Positions 10,360 to 18,399 of a stretch of DNA of 64,000 nt are shown in pieces. The stretch spans positions 277,348 to 341,347 of the forward strand of contig CALIKS010000001.1 of assembly GCA_938017985.1 (NCBI GenBank), given 5' to 3'. The position numbers were made by a program, and so were the translations under genes. Numbering within the stretch: position 1 is the first letter of the stretch; each line of letters begins with the position of its first letter. The DNA comes from an uncultured archaeon. Lineage in GTDB: Archaea > Thermoproteota > Nitrososphaeria_A > Caldarchaeales > Calditenuaceae. The notes under the pieces were generated by a model, which was given only the letters and a program-made list of their open reading frames with translations, made no database searches and was not told the DNA's origin.

Positions 10360-11333
10360 ATGATAAAGTGATCAACTGGATATTCCAATTACTCGTATTT
10401 CCTGGCCTTACATTTTTTGTTTGGATAGCCTTTGCGTTTGAGTGGCTTGAACGAAAGACGGCCGCTAAGATACAAAGCAGAGTAGGACCATTGACTGCAG
10501 GACCGAAGGGATTTTTACAACCAGTTGCAGACTACTTTAAACTCATTTTCAAGGAAGAGATAATACCGAGAAATTCAGACAAATTTGTATTTCTATTTGG
10601 TCCCCCCTTGTATTTCTCAGTTCCGGCCATCGGTGCTGCCTTCATTCCGATATTAGGAGAAAAAGGGGTCTTAAGTCACAGCTATGATTTACTCTTCATA
10701 CTATTCATAATGGCATTCTCAGTACTAATGGCATCTATGCTAGGCTATGCTGCCGGTGGAAGATATTCTACAATTTCAATAGGGAGGCTAGTCTTACAAT
10801 ATACTAGTTATGAAGTTCCGCTAATCTTGAGCATACTTGCCCCTGCTCTTTTAGCAAGAGGTCTCTCATTAAGCAAGATTGTATCCTCTCAGATAAGTCA
10901 TTGGCATGTTTTTTATGCGCCAATCAGCTTTGCGGTATTCTTGATCGTCTCTTTAGCTGAGCTAGAAAAGCCTCCATTTGATATTCCGAGTGCCAAAACT
11001 GAAATAGTCGCTGGATGGATGACGGAATTTTCTGGAAGACCATTAGCATACATTAAACTTACTAAAAATCTTAACTATGTATTCTTATCATCATTAGCAA
11101 CGACACTATTTTTAGGAGGCCCATTACTACCAATAGATGTCCAAGATGAATTCCTTAAGACTATTCTATTTTTATTGGTTTTCCTCATCAAGACTTTTAG
11201 TGTAGGATTCCTCATATTCATAATTAAGTCAGCGCTAGCTAGGATAAAAATAGAGCAAGCGACCTCACTGTTATGGGTGATAACTACGCCACTTAGTTTC
11301 TTGCAACTTTTACTCATAGTATTATTCAGGTGA
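10356..11333 (+). CDS. NuoH-like membrane subunit (HycD/MbhM/EchB type)
   Basis: ERKTAAKIQSRVGP..GP.G.LQP.AD..K, about 8 TM helices, and E(K)PPFDIPSAKTEIVAGW, which matches the NuoH P(F)D..EaE.ElvaG motif. Confidence 0.85.
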   Translation: MNDKVINWIFQLLVFPGLTFFVWIAFAFEWLERKTAAKIQSRVGPLTAGPKGFLQPVADYFKLIFKEEIIPRNSDKFVFLFGPPLYFSVPAIGAAFIPILGEKGVLSHSYDLLFILFIMAFSVLMASMLGYAAGGRYSTISIGRLVLQYTSYEVPLILSILAPALLARGLSLSKIVSSQISHWHVFYAPISFAVFLIVSLAELEKPPFDIPSAKTEIVAGWMTEFSGRPLAYIKLTKNLNYVFLSSLATTLFLGGPLLPIDVQDEFLKTILFLLVFLIKTFSVGFLIFIIKSALARIKIEQATSLLWVITTPLSFLQLLLIVLFR

Positions 11334-11731
11334 AAAATATGAGAAGAAAAATCGGGATAACTATTCCTGAAATGATTAAAACAGCATTCAGTACAAAGAT
11401 AACAAAAAGCTACCCATTCAAAGAACTTGATGTCTCAGAAAGATTTAGGGGCAAACTAGAAATTGATCCTGACAAATGTACGGGATGTGGCGTCTGCGCT
11501 ATTGTCTGTCCTGCGTCCGTAATAACAATGGTCGAGGTAGGAAAAAGAAAATTTAGGGACAAAGAGGTCACCATAAGGAGGCCAATATTCAATCTTTATA
11601 ATTGTATATCATGTGGACAATGTGTTGATGATTGCAGATTCAATGCGCTACGTCTAACTAAGGAATTTGAACTAGCCGTTTTTGATAAAAATTCATTGGT
11701 AATGAAAAAGGCGATAGAACATGTCGAGTGA
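11330..11731 (+). CDS. NuoI-like 2x[4Fe-4S] ferredoxin subunit
   Basis: CTGCGVCAIVCP and CISCGQCVDDC cluster motifs. Position after the NuoH homologue. Confidence 0.85.
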   Translation: MKNMRRKIGITIPEMIKTAFSTKITKSYPFKELDVSERFRGKLEIDPDKCTGCGVCAIVCPASVITMVEVGKRKFRDKEVTIRRPIFNLYNCISCGQCVDDCRFNALRLTKEFELAVFDKNSLVMKKAIEHVE

Positions 11732-12197
11732 AGTCGCTATTATATTATCTATAATCTTGATAACTACCTCAATAATATCTCTAGCGTCTAAAACTATATC
11801 ACTCTCTCTTATAATGCTCTTTTATTCTTGCATCGTGTTGAATATTATATTTATCACGTATGGTGCACCAATAATAGCACTGGTCCATCTGACGATCTTT
11901 GCCGGAGCGGTCTCAGTTATGCTGCTCGCCACAATAGTTATTACAGGAGAAGCTGATCTTAGAATAGATGGAAAAAAGAATTATATTATTTCAGCGATTC
12001 TCATCATAATTATTACGAGTCTTATAGGCATCTACATATCTAATAGAATTTCAATAATAGAAAATAGTGGTCCTAGGGGTGAATTATTAGAGTTTATTTG
12101 GAATTACAGACCATGGGACCTTTTGGTCATGATAATAATTCTGGCTGCATCGATGGTGACAGTTTTGAATTTATTATCGAGAAGGGGGGAGCAGTAA
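11721..12197 (+). CDS. NuoJ-like membrane subunit
   Basis: 158 aa, 5 TM helices. ALVHLTIFAGAVSVMLLATIVI resembles the NuoJ Q..VYaGAi.VLflFvvMl segment. Operon position matches. Confidence 0.6.
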   Translation: MSSEVAIILSIILITTSIISLASKTISLSLIMLFYSCIVLNIIFITYGAPIIALVHLTIFAGAVSVMLLATIVITGEADLRIDGKKNYIISAILIIIITSLIGIYISNRISIIENSGPRGELLEFIWNYRPWDLLVMIIILAASMVTVLNLLSRRGEQ

Positions 12198-12502
12198 TGC
12201 TTGAACAATCAATACTGTTTACATGCTCATTCGTTTTAATTATAATTGGATTATTTTCTATTATTTATTCAAGAAATTTAATAAAGACGATGATGTCTTT
12301 TCAGATACTTGTCTTTGGGGTTAATCTAGCACTGTTTACAAATAGTCTGGGTGGAGGACCTGATCTATTTGCTAATACGTTGGTTTTATTCTCTATATTA
12401 GTTGGCGCAGGTGTCGAGGCCGTCGGCTTAGCGCTGGTTATCCAGCTTTATCGAAGATACGGTTCACTTGATCCGCATATGCTAAGGAGGTTGAAGCAAT
12501 GA
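12197..12502 (+). CDS. NuoK-like membrane subunit
   Basis: 101 aa from ATG 12197 (TAATG overlap with the nuoJ-like stop), 3 TM helices. NLIKTMMSFQILVFGVNLALF and GVEAVGLALV resemble NuoK/MnhC. The ORF-track start at 12098 would overlap the upstream gene by 100 nt. Confidence 0.65.
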   Translation: MLEQSILFTCSFVLIIIGLFSIIYSRNLIKTMMSFQILVFGVNLALFTNSLGGGPDLFANTLVLFSILVGAGVEAVGLALVIQLYRRYGSLDPHMLRRLKQ

Positions 12503-14238
12503 ATATAGCAGCATGGCTCTTATGGCTCGTACCTCTAGTAGCCTCACCATTAGTAATAGTACTATCAAAAATAGGGAGGAGAGCAGTAGAGATTTTTTCA
12601 TGCTGTGTAACGTTTATTTCTTTCATACTTAGCCTAGTAAATTCTGCTTTATATTATCACCCATCAGTTGAGAAAATCACGTATTGGTTACCGTTGATGA
12701 ATTTATTCATTGACATTAAAATAGATGGAATCTCTACATTGTTGTCAGTTTTTATTTCTTTTTTGTCGTTTATCATTGTTTTGTATTCTGTAGGGTATAT
12801 GTCTCATGAGTCGTCATATACTCGCTACTACTCTCTTATACTACTTTTTATCGGCTCGATGTTGGGCCTCATAATGGCTGGCAACCTAGTACAACTATAC
12901 TTCTTTTGGGAGATGGTGGGCATATGTTCAGCACTATTAATAGCTTTTTATAACATGCGTGAAAGTGCAAGGAGGGCCGGCTTCAAGGCATTTTTAGTCA
13001 CAAGAATTGGAGATGGAGCATTTTTAATTGCAATCATACTTACATATGTAGTTGCAGGAAGCATTGAACTTGACGCGGCTATATCTACGCTTAGAGACAC
13101 TTCACATTTTGGAAACATCGCTTGGATAATTTCCTTGTTATTCATTATAGGGGCGATGGCTAAATCTGCTCAGGTCCCCCTCCATGTATGGCTTCCTGAC
13201 GCAATGGAAGGCCCGACGCCGGTAAGTGCTTTAATACATGCAGCCACAATGGTTAATGCAGGGGTTTACCTATTAGTTAGAATTTCACCAGTCCTGCTTG
13301 AACTACCTAATCTGCTATTTTTAGTTCAAATCATTGGACTTTCTAGTCTTTTACTCGCTGGTCTCTGCGCAATTACAAGCACGGATATAAAGAGAGTATT
13401 AGCATACTCAACAATTAGCCAGATCGGACTAATGTTCTATGCTATTGGATTAAAATTTTGGGAAGGCGCAATTTATCATTTGATAAGCCAAGGCATCTTC
13501 AAGGCTCTAGGATTCCTAGCCGCAGGCGCAATCCTCATGATGTTAGGTACTGGAAACATCGATGAGTTGGGTGGACTGAAAAAATACATGAAGTATACCT
13601 ATCTTAGCTTTAGTATCGCGGTACTAACTATGAGTGGATTCCCTCCCTTTATTGGTTTTTGGAGTAAAGATACTATTTTATCGAAAACTATTAATGAAGG
13701 ATGGATTTTAACAATAATGATTATTTTATCTTCATTACTAACTACAATCTACGGCTTCAGATTATTATTCAGAGTTTTTCACGGAAGCGCGAAGACGCAA
13801 AAAGTACCTAATGATGCACCTATAATTATGTTATTGCCAATGCTTATTCTAATTCTGTCAACAATCGCTTCGTGGCCACTCTTGTTAATTCAAAAATTCA
13901 TTAATTTTGAATTCACTCTTCATTTAGAACCAGTGACTATAGCTCTAAGTTTAGTAGTCTTGGCTATTGGAGTTGGCTTAACATTCACGATTAACTATAA
14001 GTACAAATATACATTTGACAATATAATAGCTAAATCAGACACCTTGCTAAAATTAAGAAGCATCCTTTTACAAGGGTTTGGATTTGATTCGATATATCAA
14101 AAAATAATTGATAATACAATTCCAATTATTTACAACTCTGTTAGACGTATTCAGACTGGAATTCTCAACGTTAACATGACATACATATTCGTCATCATTA
14201 TAGTAATAATTATTTTATTTATGGGTGGGATATTATGA
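12499..14238 (+). CDS. NuoL/MrpA-type antiporter-like subunit with a C-terminal lateral-helix-like segment
   Basis: FFWEMVGICS, AKSAQVPLHVWLPDAMEGPTPVSALIHAATMVNAGVYL. A C-terminal amphipathic stretch (LLKLRSILLQGFGFDSIYQKIIDNTIPIIYNSVRRIQ) is followed by a final TM helix, as in NuoL. Confidence 0.85.
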   Translation: MNIAAWLLWLVPLVASPLVIVLSKIGRRAVEIFSCCVTFISFILSLVNSALYYHPSVEKITYWLPLMNLFIDIKIDGISTLLSVFISFLSFIIVLYSVGYMSHESSYTRYYSLILLFIGSMLGLIMAGNLVQLYFFWEMVGICSALLIAFYNMRESARRAGFKAFLVTRIGDGAFLIAIILTYVVAGSIELDAAISTLRDTSHFGNIAWIISLLFIIGAMAKSAQVPLHVWLPDAMEGPTPVSALIHAATMVNAGVYLLVRISPVLLELPNLLFLVQIIGLSSLLLAGLCAITSTDIKRVLAYSTISQIGLMFYAIGLKFWEGAIYHLISQGIFKALGFLAAGAILMMLGTGNIDELGGLKKYMKYTYLSFSIAVLTMSGFPPFIGFWSKDTILSKTINEGWILTIMIILSSLLTTIYGFRLLFRVFHGSAKTQKVPNDAPIIMLLPMLILILSTIASWPLLLIQKFINFEFTLHLEPVTIALSLVVLAIGVGLTFTINYKYKYTFDNIIAKSDTLLKLRSILLQGFGFDSIYQKIIDNTIPIIYNSVRRIQTGILNVNMTYIFVIIIVIIILFMGGIL

Positions 14239-15683
14239 ATTCTTGGCTTCTAAATATAATGATGATATGTTTTACAGTCGCGATGGCTGTAATGATTAGC
14301 GATGCATTTCTTGTAAGAATAAAAAAATGGCGATTATCAGTTACTTTTATCCTCACTGCTGCTTCTTTATTGTCTTCACTTACGCTTTTAATGATTAATT
14401 GGTCCGATGTTCAAGGAAGATACTTATTTATCAGAGCTTCTGAGTCGTTGTTTTCGACACTCTACATTATTGATAGTCTTGGCTATATTGTTATTTTGTT
14501 GATTTTGATGATTAGCACCATTGTAGTATTGTATTCTAAGTATTATATTGACGCGAATGAAAACATAGGACCTTACTTCAGCCTTATCCTTCTACTGGCG
14601 GTATCATTGATTGGCGTCGTCGTGGCAGGAGATTTATTAGTCCTGTTCTTATTCTGGGAGGCAATGAGTATCTGCGCTTACGGATTAGCATCGTTTAATA
14701 GAGAAGATCAGCTATCCCTTGAGTCTACGATGAAGTATCTTATTCTTGCTGGTTCAGGCAGTTTAATAGCGCTATTAGGCATAGGATTAATCTATAATGA
14801 AGTCGGGAGCTTATTGATAAGCGACATCAATAGCATAAACTTTTCAACATCAAGTATCGGTATACTAGGAATATTGTTTCTATTAATCGGACTAGGTGTC
14901 GAAATAGCGATATTTCCTATGCAAACTTGGTTACCTGATGTTTATGCATCTACACACCCACCAATCGCGTCATTGTTTGTAGGCGCTACCAAGACGACTT
15001 CATTTTATGCAATTATAAAGATCCTACAGCAAGCTATCTCTCTGGACTCCTCACCAACTCAATTAAGTTTATTCCTAGCATCCTTAGCAATTTTGACTAT
15101 GTTTGTAGGCAATTTTAGTGCATTTTATCAACCTAATCTTCGTAGATTATTGGCATTTTCCTCGATAGTTCATGCCGGATACGCATTGGCATCCATATCT
15201 ACATTGAGTACTCTTGGATTCATTGTAGGCGTATTTCATCTATGGAATTACGGCATTGTTAAATCAATTCTCTTTCTATTGTCCGGCATAATAAGTAAAA
15301 AATATGAGGATGCCGACATAAATAGACTTGCTGGTATTGGAAACAAGGATAAGATGATAGGCTTCTTATTTGCCGCTTCAAGCCTAGCGATGGTCGGCTC
15401 ACCTCCATTCGGATTATTCTGGAGTGAATTATTAATCATAAAGTCTCTATTCGATGCAGGTGGTAGTTTTGGCTTTATGCTCGCTATCAGCGTTATAGTA
15501 AATATTATTATATCAATCGGTTACTATTACAGAATAATAAACACTATTAGCCTAGGTGTAAGAGTTGATAATGTCCCAATGCCAAGCTATGACAGAAAAA
15601 TGCTGATACCCATCTTTGTTTTAATCTCTTTAAGCCTCACTATTGGTATAGCACCATGGATACTGCTCAACTTGATCATATAA
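14235..15683 (+). CDS. NuoN/NuoM/MrpD-type antiporter-like subunit
   Basis: LFLFWEAMSICAYGL, PMQTWLPDVYASTHPPIASLF, RLLAFSSIVHAGY; about 14 TM helices. ATGA overlap with the upstream gene. Confidence 0.85.
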   Translation: MNSWLLNIMMICFTVAMAVMISDAFLVRIKKWRLSVTFILTAASLLSSLTLLMINWSDVQGRYLFIRASESLFSTLYIIDSLGYIVILLILMISTIVVLYSKYYIDANENIGPYFSLILLLAVSLIGVVVAGDLLVLFLFWEAMSICAYGLASFNREDQLSLESTMKYLILAGSGSLIALLGIGLIYNEVGSLLISDINSINFSTSSIGILGILFLLIGLGVEIAIFPMQTWLPDVYASTHPPIASLFVGATKTTSFYAIIKILQQAISLDSSPTQLSLFLASLAILTMFVGNFSAFYQPNLRRLLAFSSIVHAGYALASISTLSTLGFIVGVFHLWNYGIVKSILFLLSGIISKKYEDADINRLAGIGNKDKMIGFLFAASSLAMVGSPPFGLFWSELLIIKSLFDAGGSFGFMLAISVIVNIIISIGYYYRIINTISLGVRVDNVPMPSYDRKMLIPIFVLISLSLTIGIAPWILLNLII

Positions 15684-15748
15684 ATTGTTTGATTTATCTA
15701 CATATAAAAAGCTTTTATATGGAGCTGCATATATAGCAATAATAAACC

Positions 15749-16054
15749 ATGAGGTGGGATAGAATAATAAAAGAAATCAGTTCGATTGATCAGGCAATAA
15801 TAATAGAAGAGAACGTCGTTAAAGGATATTACACATCGATTCTTGAAAGCATTAAAGAGTGGATAATGGTGGAAGAGGACATAATGAATAGCTATCAAAG
15901 GTTTAATAATCCAATTATCAATAACCTAATAGAAGATTCAAAAAATACAATTAATATTTTAAATAGGATTCTTAATGAAATTAGTGGTCTCATAGAAATA
16001 AGAAATCAAAGAGTACGGCTACTACAAGAATTAAAACAAACGACAAGCCAATAA
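15749..16054 (+). CDS. hypothetical protein (helical)
   Basis: 101-aa ORF in an otherwise empty AT-rich gap after the hydrogenase operon. No recognisable motif. Confidence 0.3.
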   Translation: MRWDRIIKEISSIDQAIIIEENVVKGYYTSILESIKEWIMVEEDIMNSYQRFNNPIINNLIEDSKNTINILNRILNEISGLIEIRNQRVRLLQELKQTTSQ

Positions 16055-16152
16055 TCAATACTATCAAAAAAGTCCTAAAGCGCATCTTCTCGACTTTACC
16101 TTATCCATTAATTCTCTTATCGCCTTTTTTAAATACACGAATTCTACTCATG

Positions 16153-16239
16153 CGTGGGGGGCGGGATTTGAACCCGCGCGGGCTTCATCAGCCCAGTGGC
16201 TTAGCAGGCCACCCCCCTACCGGGCTAGGGCACCCCCAC
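16153..16239 (-). tRNA. tRNA-Ser (anticodon GCU)
   Basis: Folded by hand. Acceptor GTGGGGG/CCCCCAC with discriminator G, anticodon stem GTGGC/GCCAC, loop CTGCTAA (GCT). Long variable arm GGGC-TGATGAA-GCCC, T arm GCGGG-TTCAAAT-CCCGC. CCA is not encoded. Confidence 0.9.
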
Positions 16240-16414
16240 AAAAGCTCCCGTAATTTCTCTTTTTAATTTCATTTCTGCACATGCGCTATTGGTTACTTGT
16301 AATGTGGGCATCACCTAGAAGAAATAAGAACTTAAATATAGGTTTTGGCACAGTTTTATTCTATAATTGGCTTCTTACAACGTTGGATAATGTTAAGGAG
16401 ATTGTATTGGCTGC

Positions 16415-17278
16415 ATGCTGTCAACAGACTCTCAGTCTGGATACATAACATTTTTATCACAGCTAGCTAAGAACTATAACGAGGCTTTTATGATGGGGGA
16501 AAGAAAAGCAACCCCACATCATGCTACGAGGAGAAGTACTATTCTACGGTTGTTTGGATGGCTGAGCTTATTTACTATGCTATCGCTTAGTTCTGTGAAA
16601 GGACAGATCGAGAAGTTCTATAAAGATTTTCCGCTTTACAGCAGAGGTGAAATGAAGAAGAGGTGGGCAATGGTAGTAGACTTGAGGAGATGCACTGGTT
16701 GTTACGCATGTCAAGTTACTTGCAAGGTGGAGTTTGGCGTTCCGTTTGAAGGCTTCAGAACATGGTTAGAGACATACGAGTATGGATTATATCCAGAAGT
16801 TAAAAGACTCTTCCTCCCACGAATGTGTAATCACTGTGATAATCCACCATGTGTACCGGTCTGCCCTGTACAAGCCATATACAAGAGAGATGACGGAATA
16901 GTTCAGATAGACCAGTTGAAATGCATCGGCTGCGGCTACTGTGCGGAAGCATGTCCATATGGAGCGATATATAAGAACAATGCCACAAACACGTACGATA
17001 AATGTACATTTTGCGAACACCGTTTAGCGCAAGGGCTTCTTCCAGCTTGCGTCTCTAACTGCTTTGGTAAGGCCATGTACTTCGGCGACTTAGCTGATCC
17101 TAATAGCATAGTTTCTAGACTCATCAGTGAAAACAAAGTGCAGCTCCTCAAGCCATATTTAGGGACGGAGCCGATGGTCTACTACATTGGACTCGACGAG
17201 ACGCTGATAACGGGTGTAAGCGCTAGGGTGAAGGTAATCTCACCTAGAACTGGGGTTAAGGAGGTGTCTGCTATATGA
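16415..17278 (+). CDS. 4x[4Fe-4S] ferredoxin subunit (TtrB/PsrB/NrfC/DmsB family) with its own Tat-type signal
   Basis: Twin-arginine ATRRSTILRLFGWLSLFTMLSLSS. Cluster motifs CTGCYACQVTC, CNHCDNPPCVPVCP, CIGCGYCAEACP, CTFC...C. The start could also be the MM at 16490. Confidence 0.85.
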   Translation: MLSTDSQSGYITFLSQLAKNYNEAFMMGERKATPHHATRRSTILRLFGWLSLFTMLSLSSVKGQIEKFYKDFPLYSRGEMKKRWAMVVDLRRCTGCYACQVTCKVEFGVPFEGFRTWLETYEYGLYPEVKRLFLPRMCNHCDNPPCVPVCPVQAIYKRDDGIVQIDQLKCIGCGYCAEACPYGAIYKNNATNTYDKCTFCEHRLAQGLLPACVSNCFGKAMYFGDLADPNSIVSRLISENKVQLLKPYLGTEPMVYYIGLDETLITGVSARVKVISPRTGVKEVSAI

Positions 17279-18399
17279 GTCTGCCAGCTACACTTAACTG
17301 GGACCTAATGGTGGCTCTGTACTTCTTCTTCTCTGGCATAAGTGTAGGAGCTATTATTCTCGCATGTTTACCGCTAGTATTCGGGTTCAAGAGATACCGA
17401 CCGATCGCAGGGCTTGCCCTCATCACGGGATTAGTGTTCGGCATAATGACAGCACTAGTCATTTTACCACACCTTACTCAACCAGCTCGTTGGTGGACTT
17501 TGGCTACCGTCATTCAAACAGCATCTCCAATGTCATGGGGCGTCTTCATACTCATAAGCTATCTATTGCTCATACTGGTAGGAGGCAGGCTCGCCTATGG
17601 TTCGGCCTTGATGAACATATATAATCAGAGTACAGGGATGGCGAAGACGTTCTATAAAATCCTATTACTCGGCAAAACGGACATAACACACGAAGCCGAG
17701 AAACGACAGGCAATGATAGCCAGAGTGATCTTCGGCGCAGCATTCCTTGTAAGCCTTTTATTTGTCTACCAAGGTTTCGAAATAGGCATCCTCGCGGGAA
17801 GACCTCTCTGGTACAGCACCATCACACCGTTCCTGTTCATACTCACATCAGTCGCATCAGGCTTCAGCCTAGTGATGATTGGATGGATTGTTCTGAATAA
17901 ATACTTTACAAAACAAAAGGAATTGCGCGTAGATATGTTATCTGAGCTGGCTGTTATTACACTGGCGATTCTAGTCATACTCGTCGGGCTAATCATAGGT
18001 GAATATATAACTGTGCTTAGCGCTGATGTCTATAAACGATTAGCCATCTCAGCTCTTTTCATCGAGCCCAACTTATACATCTTCGTGTTAATAGGGATTG
18101 TGCTAGGGGCGATAATCCCGGCGATACTTTTAACTATTCCACGAGGAAGGAACAACGTCGCGGTGCTACTTCTATCTTCAATACTAATCACAGTAGGAAT
18201 GTTTGCGGTAAAGCTGGGAATATTGATTGCTGGACAGATGTTTGCCAAGGTACCGTCCTTACCCCCTTCGCTGACTAAAGTATTAATGTCTCCTCTTGAA
18301 GCGCAGCTGGGAGTTGGGGCCTTGGCTTTAGCGATATTACTGTACCTATTATTTGTCTGGCTGCTTCCATGGAGACACGTTGTTGGAGGTGTTGAATGA
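17275..18399 (+). CDS. NrfD/PsrC/TtrC-type polytopic membrane anchor subunit
   Basis: 374 aa, about 9-10 TM helices. Sits between the FeS and catalytic subunits, with ATGA-type overlaps on both sides. Confidence 0.8.
   Translation: MSLPATLNWDLMVALYFFFSGISVGAIILACLPLVFGFKRYRPIAGLALITGLVFGIMTALVILPHLTQPARWWTLATVIQTASPMSWGVFILISYLLLILVGGRLAYGSALMNIYNQSTGMAKTFYKILLLGKTDITHEAEKRQAMIARVIFGAAFLVSLLFVYQGFEIGILAGRPLWYSTITPFLFILTSVASGFSLVMIGWIVLNKYFTKQKELRVDMLSELAVITLAILVILVGLIIGEYITVLSADVYKRLAISALFIEPNLYIFVLIGIVLGAIIPAILLTIPRGRNNVAVLLLSSILITVGMFAVKLGILIAGQMFAKVPSLPPSLTKVLMSPLEAQLGVGALALAILLYLLFVWLLPWRHVVGGVE

Noticed and set aside
12098-12196. N-terminal 33 codons of the ORF-track version of the nuoK-like gene
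   Set aside because: They would overlap the nuoJ-like gene by 100 nt. ATG 12197 gives a TAATG stop/start junction and a 101-aa, 3-TM protein of normal NuoK size.
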